Part shown: positions 24,096 to 36,409 of the stretch, piece after piece
Position numbering within the stretch: position 1 is the first letter of the stretch
Layout: each line of letters opens with the position of its first letter
NCBI RefSeq assembly: GCF_902713615.1
Contig: NC_052146.1
Location: forward strand, 146,361,875 to 146,425,874
Source: Scyliorhinus canicula
Taxonomy: Eukaryota
Length of the DNA stretch: 64,000 bases
Direction: 5' to 3'
Program-made: the position numbers and the translations under genes
Notes under the pieces: model-generated
The model's database searches: none
Told to the model about the DNA's origin: nothing
What the model saw: the letters and a program-made list of their open reading frames with translations, nothing else

Positions 24096-24997
24096 AAATT
24101 CCCCTGCTCTTATCTTCATAAGCGAACATGGCCAACTATTTATTAAATGTCATGTCTGGCCAAGATGTACGTTTTACTTAAAAGAAATACATAGGGGTTA
24201 GAGGACATTGACAAACAGCTTACGAAAACGATTGCCAGATAGATATAAGAATCATTAGTAGTCTAAAAAGCCTAGGAGGTCTTCCAATAAGCTTATAAGC
24301 TGGCAAAATGTTAACATTTTCCCCCCCCAGCTACAGTAAAAATGGCAAAATCTGATGCCTCCTTTTTAAGATTACACCAGTTTCGCCTTTAAAGGATTTT
24401 ATTAAAAGTAGACGTATGTCTTCGTACTTGATAGAATTTACGGCAATTTCAGTGGATATTAAAAGTGCATGACTTCTTGTAAAACTGGATCGTGAGATAA
24501 CTTGTATTTCTATTTTTAGAAATTTCAGGCATGAAGGTAAAATCACGGCGACAGCGCCATTCTTCAAAACATAATCTATGAGTGAATGTACTGGATCAAG
24601 AACTCAAAACGTACATTTGTCTCCTGTATGGGATCTCTTCTTGCGACACAGTTTAAGTTGTTCCGGCAAATTAGTCGCTTTGCATTTGTACTCAGTTTGA
24701 AGAATCCCTGCAATATATTCCATTCCTTGCATAAAATAAGACAAAAGCAAAGTTTTCTTTCAAAAACACAAATAGTCAGGGCATATTGCAGTTAAAGCTA
24801 TTGTACCCCAGTGAAGTTTGCGACTCATTTTTGATAGTTCCTTATATGTTTAAGGGCACACTTATAAATAACTGTGCACCAGTCCAAAAGACAATTTTCT
24901 CAGAAATGATTTAACATTTGCAACAAATAGGATTGTTTGCAAATGCTTAAATCACAGAGTACGACATTCACATCAATGAGGCAACAACTGCCTCAAC

Positions 24998-25490
24998 TGG
25001 TTTACCAGACTGATTCCAGGGATGGCGGGACTGTCACATGAGGAGAGATTGATTAGGTTGGGACTGTTCTCACTGGAGTTTAGAAGAATGAAGGGGGATC
25101 TCATGGAGACTTATAAAATTCTAACAGGACTAGACAGGGTAGATGCAGGGAAGATGTTACCAATGATGGGTGTTTCCAGAACCAGGGGTCACAGCCTGAG
25201 GATTCAGGGTAAACCATTTCAGACAGAGATAAGGGGACATTTCTTCACACAAAGTGTGGTGAGCCTGTGGAATACATTACCACAGGAAATAGTTGATGCT
25301 AAAACTTTGAATATATTCAAGAGGCAGCTGGATATAGCATTTGGGGAGAATGGAATCAAAGGCTATGGGGAGAAAGCAGGATTAGGCTATTGAGTTGGAT
25401 GATCAGCCATGACCGTGATGAATGGCGGAGCAGGCTTGAATGGCAAAAGGCCTCCTCCTGCTCCTATCTGGGTATCTATGTATCTATGTA
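24998..25490 (+). mobile_element. CR1 LINE 3' end
   Basis: ORF 25022-25393 GLSHEERLIRLGLFSLEFRRMKGDL...VVSLWNTLP; tail ending in repeated tatctatg. Confidence 0.92.
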
Positions 25491-25699
25491 ACGGTGTAGA
25501 TGTTGAACAACCACAAAAATAAATTATGCTATTGGCCTGAATCTGGACGAATTTAATTCCCCATGTTTGGATCTGTGTTAATAAAGGCCTTTGTGACAAT
25601 TCTGAATGCCATGATGTGGAAATGCCAGCGTTGGACTGGGGTGAGCACAGTAAGAAGTTTTACAACACCAGGTTAAAGTCCAACATGTTTGTTTTGAAT

Positions 25700-25734
25700 C
25701 ACTAGCATTCGGAGCACCGCTCCTTCCTCAGGTG
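25700..25734 (-). ncRNA. Hammerhead motif with core mutation (GAAA to GAAT)
   Basis: CAC CTGAGGA A GGAGC-ggt-GCTCC GAA TGCT A GTG on the minus strand. Confidence 0.55.
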
Positions 25735-25748
25735 AATCACCTCACATT

Positions 25749-25783
25749 CACCTGAGGAAGGAGCAGTGCTCCGAAAGCTAGTG
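25749..25783 (+). ncRNA. Minimal type I hammerhead ribozyme motif (intact core)
   Basis: CAC CTGAGGA A GGAGC-agt-GCTCC GAA AGCT A GTG; stem I CAC/GTG, predicted cleavage after CUA. Confidence 0.7.
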
Positions 25784-26049
25784 TTTGAAACAAACATGTT
25801 GGACTTTAACCTAGTGTTGTAAGACTTCTTACAATTCTGAATGCAGCACTGATAAAATTAGATCGAATACTTTCAGTCTCTTGCTTTACTTTATCTGAAA
25901 CCTCGAAAATAAAAGGCTGATCTTAATGTCATGCCCTGTAAATGCATGTCAACACATGGGCTGAATGTGTATGGATGCTTCTGGAACGTTCTTTTATAAA
26001 TGCACACTGATGAACTGTTAAGATGGCTGCCAAGAGGTCAGGTGACTTT

Positions 26050-26300
26050 GTGCTTAATCAAGACAGACTACCAAGCTTCTGGAAACTTCCAAATAACCAT
26101 GGATGGGGGCCTCCCCTTGCAATGGGCATAACAAGGTGATTGACATCATAATCAGGACAGTCTCATCCTTTCTAAAAAATTGTGCCACCGCAACCATCAT
26201 TGTGGGTTGTTCCAGCGAACACAGCATAGACCACAGATTAAAATTGGGATCATGCATATCTCAGCACCGTTTCGAATGGTGCATTTCGCTCGAGAGCTGA
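26050..26300 (-). mobile_element. Ancient non-LTR RT remnant
   Basis: KG*DCPDY..SITLLC resembles KGDxxDCxNYRxISLL. Confidence 0.4.
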
Positions 26301-27129
26301 GGAACCAATTGACATATGAAAACAATTCACCATTTGTCAGTTTACCACCTACCTTCCATAACCCCCTTCAACTGATCCAATCCTACAGGAGATTTTGAGA
26401 AATTTGAGCCACTGGCAGAGGAAGAGTTAAGATCTGTCTTATTGCCCTACACGTTCAGGCATTATTACAGCTCACAATGAATGGAATTCAGTTTTAGGAC
26501 AACAATACAGCATACAGGAAGTTCTTAACTGTGGAAAATGAAAAAAAAAAATCATCCTGGACTATAAATTGCGGGGAGCTTTTATTTTTTTTTAGTAGAA
26601 ATACCAAATGGATTGGCAATGGTTGCGGCCTGATATGCACCACTGCATCTCATTGCGTGGCACGAAAACATATCGTAATGGCTGACACTGCAGTGTTCCG
26701 GCAGCATTGGAGAAACACAACTGAACAAAACAAAGAACTGTGCAGACATGTTAATCCATCTGCAGTTGTATTATTTCCGATGGTGTTAATAGATCAGTGA
26801 TAGTCTGCAGTTCGCTTTGCAACATTAGCAGAAAAGCTAATCTTTTCAGAGCAAGATTGTGGGGATTAGACAGACTCACACGTCAGCTTTGTTCTCGGAA
26901 TTTGCTCTGTAATGTTGTGTGGAGATGCTGACGTCCCCGAACTTTAGTGAGGCAGAGGTCAAAGGGGAGATCAAATTATAGCAAGTCAATGTTTTCTTTC
27001 GAGAAACTCATTCCCTTTAATATTTGGAATCCAGTGATCCTGGACACGACATATTTTGTACATTTCAATGTATCTTCAGATAATATCTAGGAATAGAGAA
27101 ATACGCTAGCCTGCAAGGTGGATATCAAC

Positions 27130-27335
27130 ATACATATGTGTAAATTAGGAGCACGAATAGGCCACTCGGCCCCTCCGAGCCTGCTCCGCCATTCAATATG
27201 ATTATGGCTGAACTCACTGTTACCTCAACTCCACATTCCCACCTACCCCTAATAACCGTTTACTGCCCCGCCCCCTTACTTATCAAAAATCTATTTACCT
27301 CTGTCTTAAAGATATTCAAAGATTCTGCTTCCGAT
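27130..27335 (-). mobile_element. CR1 3' tail
   Basis: ggagcacgaataggccactcggcccctccgagcctgctccgccattcaat, reverse of the tail at 25400-25470. Confidence 0.75.
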
Positions 27336-28129
27336 ACAATACTGATGCCCTACTTACACTCAAAGCTATTTGAGCAGTTGTTCAGGGTGTGAAACCTAAA
27401 GGTATCATCGAAAGAAAACAAGTTAACAAAAGTGCCTTATTAAAGGTTCACAAAAAATAAATTAAATCATAAATAAAACAGATGGAAACTTATCAAATTG
27501 AAGCATAATATTATTTCTGTTGACTGTACAGTTACTGCAGTGCCCATTGGTCACAGAAGATGTCAAGCGTACAAGTGGACACCACATAAACCCCTAAGGG
27601 CCCCCAGGTGCGGACATAGCCAAGGACAGAAGGCAAGAAAACAATCAGACTGAATAACCCCCTCAGCCATCCGTTACCTGGACCTGTGGACAGCTGAAAC
27701 AGTTCCACAAGGAGGGCTTCTGGCTTGCCCAACCTACAGATTAATGGACAGACAAACCATTGTTTTTGCAATGAACGCAACCATGCTTTTTAGTCCATAG
27801 ATTTTCCAGATTTTTGAATGGAACTGTGAAGACTATTCCTGAGTTGAAAGGAACAATGATACTCGATTATTCTGTGGCCAGTCTGGAAGGCAGAAAGCAC
27901 ACCAACTTCATGTTCTCTTCTCATTATAATAATTAGAGTAATAGAGCGACTGCTAACTTTACTATTCATTGGTCCACTTGCGGATGCATGAAAAGTGATA
28001 TCCTCTATCTGCAATATGGCAGCCCCTCCAGATGAACAATGGGAACAGAAAACCACAGCGATAAAAGCCAGGACTTTAACCCTGAAGACCTAGGTATAAC
28101 ACTGCAGGAAGTTAATGAACTCACATGAG

Positions 28130-28879
28130 TAGCAGAATTCTCCGTTTGGGAGACTGAGTGCTGACCCCAAGACTAAATCGTGAGTGTTATACGTGGACGA
28201 AAGCGATGCCAGTCCCGGAGCGATTCAGGTCCCATTAGTGGGCTAGCACCAACCCAGCCAAGGTGATGGCACTGGAACACACCTATCCCGTTGATGGGTC
28301 AGCTGGGGCATCTGGGGGGGAGGCCTGAAGGCCACTCATACACCCGTGGCACTAAGTTCACAGTGGGCAGTCAAACGGCTGCCTTGCAGGCTGCAGCAAT
28401 GGTGGTCCATGCCCATCCACCTTGAACCCACAGACCACCTCCTGGCCACATTCCACTACTACCCCCCGGCCCTGGTAGACGCACCAGGCCAGCGGCACAA
28501 CTGTCAGCACACTATAGCAATGCTGGGCACTTTCCGTACCTCCTCTTTCCCTCAGCAACCACGCACCTGTGTCCCAATTTGAAATACCATAAGTGAACCA
28601 CACCATCGGTAATTCCTCCTGGTGGAGACGGAGTATCGCAGAAGGTCTGGAAAATACTAGGTCAAACCTGTTAATGGTATGCCAACAGTGTTTACTGTAC
28701 CATTTGCATGCCCATGCCGACCTACGGTGTAGAGTATAACGCATTCACGATGCTGTCGAGGTACCGGAGCAAGGTATTCCATTTGACACCTGGCGCCAAT
28801 CTCGATTTTTGTCTGAGGCCGAAATCTCTGCCTGACCATATTTCATGATTGTGGTGTTGATGGAGCGAGAGTCCTGCCC
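28130..28879. mobile_element. Diverged Harbinger non-autonomous element
   Basis: Ends gcagaattctccg / gagagtcctgccc; subterminal similarity to 11475-12455. Confidence 0.55.
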
Positions 28880-29157
28880 GAGGGATTTAGGTCAATAAAT
28901 TAATCTTCAAATTCCATATGCCCTATCAACTGCACCATTAGTCTCACCCATTGTTTCTCCATCATGCACAATCTCTATCGATCAGGGCTTATATCTAATA
29001 GCAATATTGCTGAAAAAAAGAGACATGTTGAAGTTTTCCATTTTGCACTCATCAGAATGCTTTGCAAGAATACCAGTACAAGGGAGTGCTGACAGCCAAG
29101 ATTGTCTCGAACAGTCGGAGTCTACTTGCCAACTAATCAGCACTTTATTCATACATT

Positions 29158-29775
29158 GGGCAGAATTTTCTGGCCTTTACTACTGGCAGGACATTCCAGT
29201 CATGCTGATAATGATCCTCCCCTGAACACTGTCCCCCCCCCCCCCCCTCCCCCCACTCCATGCTTCCAAAGGGTTCCCCAGCGGACGGACGGTGTACAAT
29301 GCAAAACACCATTGACATTAGCAGGACCAGAAGACCCCATTGCTTTATATTGGGGCATCATTGGGGCAGCACGGTAGCATGGTGGTTAGCATAAATGCTT
29401 CACAGCTCCAGGGTCCCAGGTTCGATTCCCGGCTGGGTCACTGTCTGTGCGGAGTCTGCACGTCCTCCCCGTGTGTGCGTGGGTTTCCTCCGGGTGCTCC
29501 GGTTTCCTCCCACAGTCCAAAGATGTGCGGGTTAGGTGGATTGGCCATGCTAAATTGCCCGTAGTGTCCTAAAAAGTAAGGTTAAGGGGGGGGTTGTTGG
29601 GTTACGGGTATAGGGTGGATACGTGGGTTTGAGTAGGGTGATCATTGCTCGGCACAACATCGAGGGCCGAAGGGCCTGTTCTGTGCTGTACTGTTCTATG
29701 TACTTAAGCCGTGGTGATAAAAATTTGCAATGCCAGCTACTCTTCCTCATGGCTGCAGGACCACTGGAAATTTAC
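29158..29775. mobile_element. Short Harbinger MITE interrupted by a SINE
   Basis: gggcagaattttctgg ... ctggaaattta; internal similarity to 48650-48773. Confidence 0.45.
29363..29703 (+). mobile_element. Full-length HE1/V-SINE
   Basis: Nearly identical to 11948-12290. Confidence 0.92.
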
Positions 29776-30459
29776 GTCTTTCTTTATGGTGCCGTTTTAG
29801 CTGCCAAGTAACAAATTAATTTGCACACAAAATCAATCATTCCTCGAATCCTTAAACTGCTTTTTTAAAATCCGTATTCACTCTAATTCAGCCTTTAACT
29901 TATCTCTTAATGGAGCTGGTGCACGTCTTGGCGCGTGAATCACTGGCTTTGCGTTTTCCTTTAATTGTATCTTGTACATGTATGGTAAAGTGCCAAAATC
30001 TTGGAAAATCTCAGGGAAATCATTTAGTATGGAGTCTCCTGAGGCACGAGGTCTTGTTGCAGCACTGTCTGCACTGTAGGCTCGTCTGACCAAAGGAAGC
30101 TCCTCAAGCGCTTCTAATCCAATCAAAGATTCTTGTTCTGCCACCACAATGGAAAATATGAAATTGTGAATTTTGTTTTTGACACCAACATCAAGCTCAC
30201 ATGGTCCTGACAACGAGATTTTGTTACCATTGTGTCAAGTGAGAGTCGCTTTAAGAAATGTGTGTTTTATCAAATGGCTGCAGTGATAGCATTGTGTGGG
30301 TGGAGCTGGAATGGCTCTGTGTATTAGTTTCACTTTCAGTTGGAGAGCTGCATTCAAACCAAGCAGATGTATGTTTGGTCTCTCTCTGCATGATAAAGAA
30401 TGTCTCCAGATCACTTGATGATTTCCAAGCAATACCTGTTTCTGTAAGGAATGCAAACC

Positions 30460-30774
30460 TACAGTCTTTGTTAAAAAGTGTTTTTGCTTATGGATGTTGT
30501 TAGAGAAGTTACTAAGGGTTACCTATAGAGTACTGTATCTTTTTGGGGGGTTATCAGGGTTGGTAGTTGATAAGATGTTTACTGCTTGTTTATGAAATGT
30601 TAACTGCATTCATAGAATAAACATTGTTTTTGTTTAAAAATACTTTTAGATCTCTGTTGCATCACACCTGTAAAGTGGGCCCTTGTGCTCCCTATAACCA
30701 AAATCTATTTAAAGTTGTGGGTCAGGTGAACTTCATGATATGCTTTGGCGTTCGCTAAACCCTGGCCCATAACA
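30460..30774 (+). mobile_element. Partial solo LTR (same family as 49096 and 53428)
   Basis: Ends ...ccctggcccataaca; AATAAA near 30616. Confidence 0.75.
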
Positions 30775-32221
30775 ATTGTAATCTCTGAACAACACCGTTC
30801 TAGTAACTATTTTCAGTTTGATTCACAGCTTTTTTACATCTGATGGATTGTTGAGGTTGGCCCTCGCACAGGTGTCGAGCTTGACTGTTATCATTGTGCC
30901 ATTTATCTTTGTTGGCACTGTCTATTTATCCTTATGATAATCTGCCTTTAATTCCCTATTGCTGCATATAGGTAAAAACACATTGTCATTTGGTATGACT
31001 TGAGTCTCCTTGTCTTCGCTGGAGATTATGTCCACAAAAAATATGTCCTCGAGGCATACTTCATCCACTGTGCTAATACTCTTTGTTTGTTTAGGCCTTC
31101 TTCTGGAAAAACATTACGTGGCAAAATGATTTCTGCCATTACAACTAACACATGTCTTCCCATAAGCTGGGCATTGCCGAGGCAAAGGCCGTTTGCCACA
31201 ACGCAGACTTAAAATGGAGGATCGGGTTGGCCGCTCAAAATGGCCACCCACAATCGGAGCACGTTTGTATTCGGCTGCGTCACCACATAAATGGCGGCTG
31301 CCACCTCTTCTGTCTTTGGGCCAAAATGCCAGACATTTAATGTGCTGATTTGTTTTGCTGCAAGCTCACTAGCTTGACAGATTTGGACAGCATTTATGAG
31401 TTGCAGGTCTGTTTCCCTTGGAAGCCATTCGTGCACCTTAGCGTTGGAATCCCGAAAGCCCTCTGATCGTGTGTCATTGATGACTGGAGTGTGCTAAAAT
31501 TGCATGACTGAGCCTTTAATTGCAAGTGAGTGATGAAGCTATCGAATGCCTCCCGTGTCCTGGGTGCATGTACAAAAGATATAACGTTCAAAGGTTTCAT
31601 TTTTTTTAGGATAGCAAGGCCGATCAAATAGTTTGAGAAGTTCAAAGCTTTTGCTGTCTGCCTCGTTTTCAAAGACAAAGGGCGGGATTCTCCGAACCCC
31701 CGCCGGGTCGCACACCCGCCGTCCTCCAAATTCTCCCCCCCCCCCCCCAAAAACCAGCCCAGCGTGAGCCGTACCGCCTGCCTCAGAGAATGGCAGGGAC
31801 CGGTGCGACTCAATGGGCCCTGGGGCTCCCCAAATTCTCAGGCCTGCGATGGGCCGAAGTCCCGTCCGTCTTTGCCAGTCCCGCAGGTGTCAATTGGAGT
31901 AGGTCCCTTACCGGCAGGACCTGGCAGTGCGGGCGGTCTCCAGGTTCTTGGGGGGGGGGGGGGGGGGGGTGAGGGGGGATCTGGCCCCGGGAGGTGCCCC
32001 CACTGGCCCGCGATCGGGGCCCACTGATCCGCGGGCGGGCCTGTTCCGTGGGGGCACTCTATCCTTCCGCACCGGAGTCTGTACCGGTCTACCATTCCCG
32101 GTGTGGAAGCGAATCCCTCTGATCACGTGCGGGGATGACGCAAGCACGCGCTGGCGCTCCCGCACATGCGCCAACTCGCGCCGGCCGGCAGTTGCCCTTC
32201 GGCGCCGGTTGGCGTGGCGCC

Positions 32222-32693
32222 TGTGGTGATATGCATCACTGTAGATACACAAGGGGTTAATGTAAATACATGGAGACTAGCTAGACACTAGAGGGAGCAC
32301 CAGAGACATGACACACAGACACTCAACCAATAGAACACTTAGATAGGACACGACCAATGGGCATTAACGATACACACAGGGGTGACACTACCACAGGGGG
32401 GCATTACACCAACCCATATGTAAAGGACACAGCACACATGATCTTCCTCTTTCCAGTGGAGACACTCAGAGTAGAGACACAGGGTTGATTCAATCACACT
32501 CACCACGTGGATTGTAGCAGACTGGGTCGTCAGTCTGAGTAGCTATAGAGGATCAACAGTAGAGGCGAACCTAAGTAAGAGAATTGTAAATAGTTTAATA
32601 AACGTGTTGAAGTTATCTCCACGTCTGGACCTTCCTTTGTCAGCGTGCACATCAAGGAAGCCGCTTATGCTACGCCAAGAGCATAACAAGACA
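32222..32693 (+). mobile_element. Solo LTR (472 bp)
   Basis: TG...CA termini, perfect 5-bp TSD GCGCC, AATAAA near 32597. Confidence 0.9.
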
Positions 32694-32860
32694 GCGCCAA
32701 GCCCCTTTCCCGCCAGCCGGCGGGGCGCAAACCACTCCGGGGCTAGCCTAGCCCCTAAAGGTGCGTAGAATTCAGCACCTTTGGGGTGGCCCAACTCAGG
32801 AGTGGTTCACGCCACTCCATCCCACCGGGACCCCCTCCCCGCCGGATAGGGGAGAATCCT

Positions 32861-32970
32861 AGGGTTATTGGGTTACGGGGATAGGGTGTAAGTGAGGGCT
32901 TAAGTGGGTCGGTGCAGACTCGATGGGCCGAATGGCCTCCTGCACTGTATGTTCTATGTTCTATGTTCTA
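32861..32970 (+). mobile_element. 3' fragment of HE1/V-SINE in the MITE TIR
   Basis: SINE tail with (tatgttc)n; aatcc repeated on both sides. Confidence 0.8.
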
Positions 32971-33319
32971 ATCCCGCCTAAACATGTTGAACGTTTCAAT
33001 TGCTTGAGAACCTGCTACAGTGATTAGCAATGCTATATTCCTTTCATCGGGCTGTGCCTACAGACCAATGGCTGCAACATAGAGTTTAAACTGTTGCTTA
33101 AACACCCTCCAATTCTCGTCTGTTACCGGTAATCCAAAGCTGTTCAGGTGCCTTGATGCCTTCCATCCCAGACTTCGAAGTTTTACCGATGTGTTGAGCA
33201 CCAGTTGCCAGTAGCTTGCAAGGTTAGTGGATAAAATATGTTTCATTTTTTCTTCTTCCAAGTTATCTTTAACGGTTCGGATATTTTGCAGAATCTTCTT
33301 ATTCTTATTAACTCATTAC

Positions 33320-33677
33320 GCGGCACAGTAGCACAGTGGTACAATGGTTAGCACAGTCGCTTCACAGCTCCAGGGTCCCAGGTTCGATTCCCGGCTTGGG
33401 TCACTGTCTGTGCGGAGTCTGCACATCCTCCCCGTGTGTGCGTGGGTTTTCCTCCGGGTGCTCCGGTTTCCTCCCACAGTTCAAAGATGTGCCGGTTAGG
33501 TGGATTGGCCATGATAAATTGCCCTTAGTGTCCAAAAATCGTTAGGTGGGGTTACTGGGTTATGGGAATAGGGCGGAGGTGTGAGCTTTCCAAGGGCCGG
33601 TGCCCTTTCCAAGGGCCGTGGTAGATCAGATGGGCCAAATGGCCTCCTTCTGCACTGTAAATTCTACGATTCTATGA
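33320..33677 (+). mobile_element. HE1/V-SINE
   Basis: Head, B box, V domain, tail. Confidence 0.9.
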
Positions 33678-33689
33678 TCATAGGTCATG

Positions 33690-35425
33690 TTCTGTAGACT
33701 GGCTGATAAGAATGATGAACTACAGAACATTTGGTTTAAATATCACAGTGGAGAGCCTGGTACACGACGTCAGCAGCATGGGTGGAGTTGTCCAAGGCAT
33801 GGCACAGTCGGTGATGGCCGAGTGTCCCGACAGCATGCCCAACATGCTGGGCCACATGTCCCAGTCCGCAGTGGACCATTATGAGGCACTGCGGAACAAG
33901 CTCCAGTCTCAGGTGGGCATTGCCGGGTTACTCCAGAGCATGTCCCAGTTTCTGAGGAGCATCGCCAATGGCATGACACCATGCTGCAGGCATTGGGCAG
34001 CCGTCAGGGCTGGCAGAGACAGACGATGCAGGAGCAGCCGGGGCTCAATCCAGCTGCCCTTCCATCCCGACGTGACACCCAGGGCGCAATGGGCACTGAC
34101 CGGGAGGAGGGGGTACTGGTTGCCAACCCTGAGCCAATCTCCGGAGTGGTCACGGTGGCCACCTGTCCCTCTGAGACTCACCCCCTGACACACCTTGACG
34201 CATCTTGGAGACAGGACCCGGAACAGGGTAGGACAGTGAGCTGGGAAGTGGGCTGGCAAGTGGGCTGGGGCACTCTGGCCCCAGGGCATCGAAGGCCATG
34301 AGACGCGGTAAGCAGCAGTCTACGTCCACCTCTCATGTGCATCCTGGGAACACACCTGGATGTAGCGGTAGACCATGGAAGGCTCAGCAGGTCGTGGATC
34401 ACAGAGACGTCACTGAGGGGGAAGGGGTTGGCACCATCGGGGGCGAGGGGCAGTTGGGGACACATACCTACAGCATTTTAAAAATGCTTGCATCGAAGAA
34501 ATATGATGCATCTGGCACATTCCTCCACAATGCAGCTGACCATCAATCCTCTGCCCCAGACCCCCGAGCACAGTGATCCCGGGTTTACCCCCCCCCCCCC
34601 ACTCCGACAGCACAGCACGTGGGTGTGATCGAACTCTCAGCAGATAGGCAGGAGTCAGACTATGGCATAGATTGAAGAGCACCAGCCCTCAGCAGGTTAT
34701 CATCCCCCCCCCCCCCCCCCCCCGGGCCATCGACAGTGACCCTGCTGACAGCGCCTATACAGACCCATCACCCTGGGGTGATGTCACACCGACCCTGGGA
34801 GGGTGGAGCAGGGTGGTGGGGGGTAAGGGGAGGGTGCGTGGGGAATAGGTGGGGGGAAGGGGAGGGAGTGGGAAGGGGTGAGATGACGGCCAAAGCTACG
34901 TTCAATGTGAAGCGGGCGAGGGTGAGCTCTTCCCGGCCCTCCAGGCTTGCCAGCCTCACTCTCTGCTACCACGTGTCATCCATCCTCCGGCTGGTGCTAG
35001 GGGTACCTTGCAGGTGACCGCATGTTCCTCCCCCTCCACCTCCAGCACTTCACCCCGCAGCTGTGCCAGGTTGTGGAGGGTACAGCAGACTATCACAAAG
35101 CACATTACCCTCCAGGAGGATGTACTGAAGTGCACTACCACAGTGGTTGGGGCCGCGGAACCGCGTTTTGAGGAGTCCGAGGCACCGCTCAATGACAGTC
35201 CGGGTGGCTGCATGGGCCTCATTGTATCGGGTGTCCGCATCGGTCACCAGCCTCCATACTCGCGGCATTAGCCAGGACCTCAGGGGGTATTTATCCTCCA
35301 AGAGCCAACTGGCCATCCTTCGGTTGTCTCAAAGAGACCGGGGATGTCTGGCTGCCCCAGAATGTAGCTGTCGTGTACGTTCCCTGAGAAGCATGCACAC
35401 ACGTGCATTATTCGAAGGTGGTGAG
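33690..35425 (-). mobile_element. Central fragment of a Harbinger: Myb-gene 3' part on +, transposase C-terminus on -
   Basis: WLLEDKYPLRSWLMP...[25 protein letters not shown]; CCTLHNLAQLRG. Confidence 0.85.
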
Positions 35426-36184
35426 AGAGGCTAGTTTTATTCTTGTAGGAGCAAGTGAATGCTTATAACCAATAAGCAAAATATTAAGAGTAGCCCTGGA
35501 TGTGGGAATTTAGTTATATCAGAAATGAAAAATGAAATGAAAATATAAATTTTCATCAAATTCATCATATGATGAATTAACCATTGAATTCCATTGTATT
35601 CATTACTGAGAACAGCGTGTTCCTTGCCTAATCAATAAATCAATTTTTCGTTAGATATCCGCCAAGGTATTAAGTATGCAAAGCATGAGAAATAAATGAA
35701 AAGTAACTCGGTATTTCTCCTGAGGCTGCGCACGCAAACATTAAGCTAGTTTTGATAGGCACCAATCAATCTCAAATAATGTTCAATGTTTGATGAGCAG
35801 GTTATCCTTGACGTAACAGACATTCATTTGAAGAAACTGGGAGGTCCTAGTTAACAATTAGAAGCCAATGAACACAAAGGAGGGGTTAAACCACAGAGAA
35901 GAATTCCCTTAAAAATAGGACCTCGTGGTTCAGGTTTGCTTTTCCTGAATTCTTGAAGCATTCATCCATTTTGTTTGTGTTTAGTGATCGTTTATGTGCG
36001 GATGCTTTTGCCATGTGCTTGACCACTTAATGTGTTGTTTGATATTTAATTTCTAAGTTTTATTGAGGTTGTACTCACCCATGGACCAAGTTTTATTCAG
36101 TTCTGTAGTTGTTATTCAAGTGTATACCAGTGAAGTGACTAGCAATAAAGACTTTTAAAAAATACTCGACCAACCAGACTCCTG

Positions 36185-36353
36185 GGGCTGGATTCTCAGC
36201 CCTGCCTTGCCACATTTCTGTTTCATCATGCCGGCGGATGCTCCGATACGCCGGCTGGTCAATGCGGTTTCCCGTTGTGGGGCAGCCCCACGCCGTCGGG
36301 GAATCTCCAAGCTGCAGCAAAATGGGGAATCCCGCCGGCGGAGAATCCAGCCC
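36185..36353. mobile_element. Short Harbinger MITE (169 bp)
   Basis: TIRs gggctggattctc / gagaatccagccc; TSD CTG/CCG. Confidence 0.85.
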
Positions 36354-36409
36354 CCGATTCTTATTGAGAGAAGAAAACCAAAAGAGGATCCATTAGGTGG
36401 TGGTTGGAC

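Larger units (their letters stand above)
25610..25830. mobile_element. Penelope-like fold-back mini-element with two outward-facing hammerhead motifs
   Basis: Inverted arms ~25651-25737 and ~25746-25830; 14-bp TSD acaattctgaatgc at 25596-25609 and 25831-25844. Confidence 0.85.
31680..32979. mobile_element. Family-1 Harbinger MITE inserted in Gypsy gag
   Basis: TIR gggcgggattctcc; right TIR split by a SINE tail; TSD AAA; removing it restores gag FNMFVFENE. Confidence 0.85.
29878..33300 (-). mobile_element. Second decayed Gypsy element (gag-protease-RT start) with nested insertions
   Basis: NWRVFKQQFKLYVAAIGL, FDSFITHLQLKAQSCNFS, YKIQLKENAKPVIHAPRRAPAPLRDKLKAEL. Confidence 0.85.

Noticed and set aside
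24615-24707. Nuclear-receptor zinc-finger exon (starts GFFK)
   Set aside because: Lacks the conserved R..C..CR..KC pattern and spacing.
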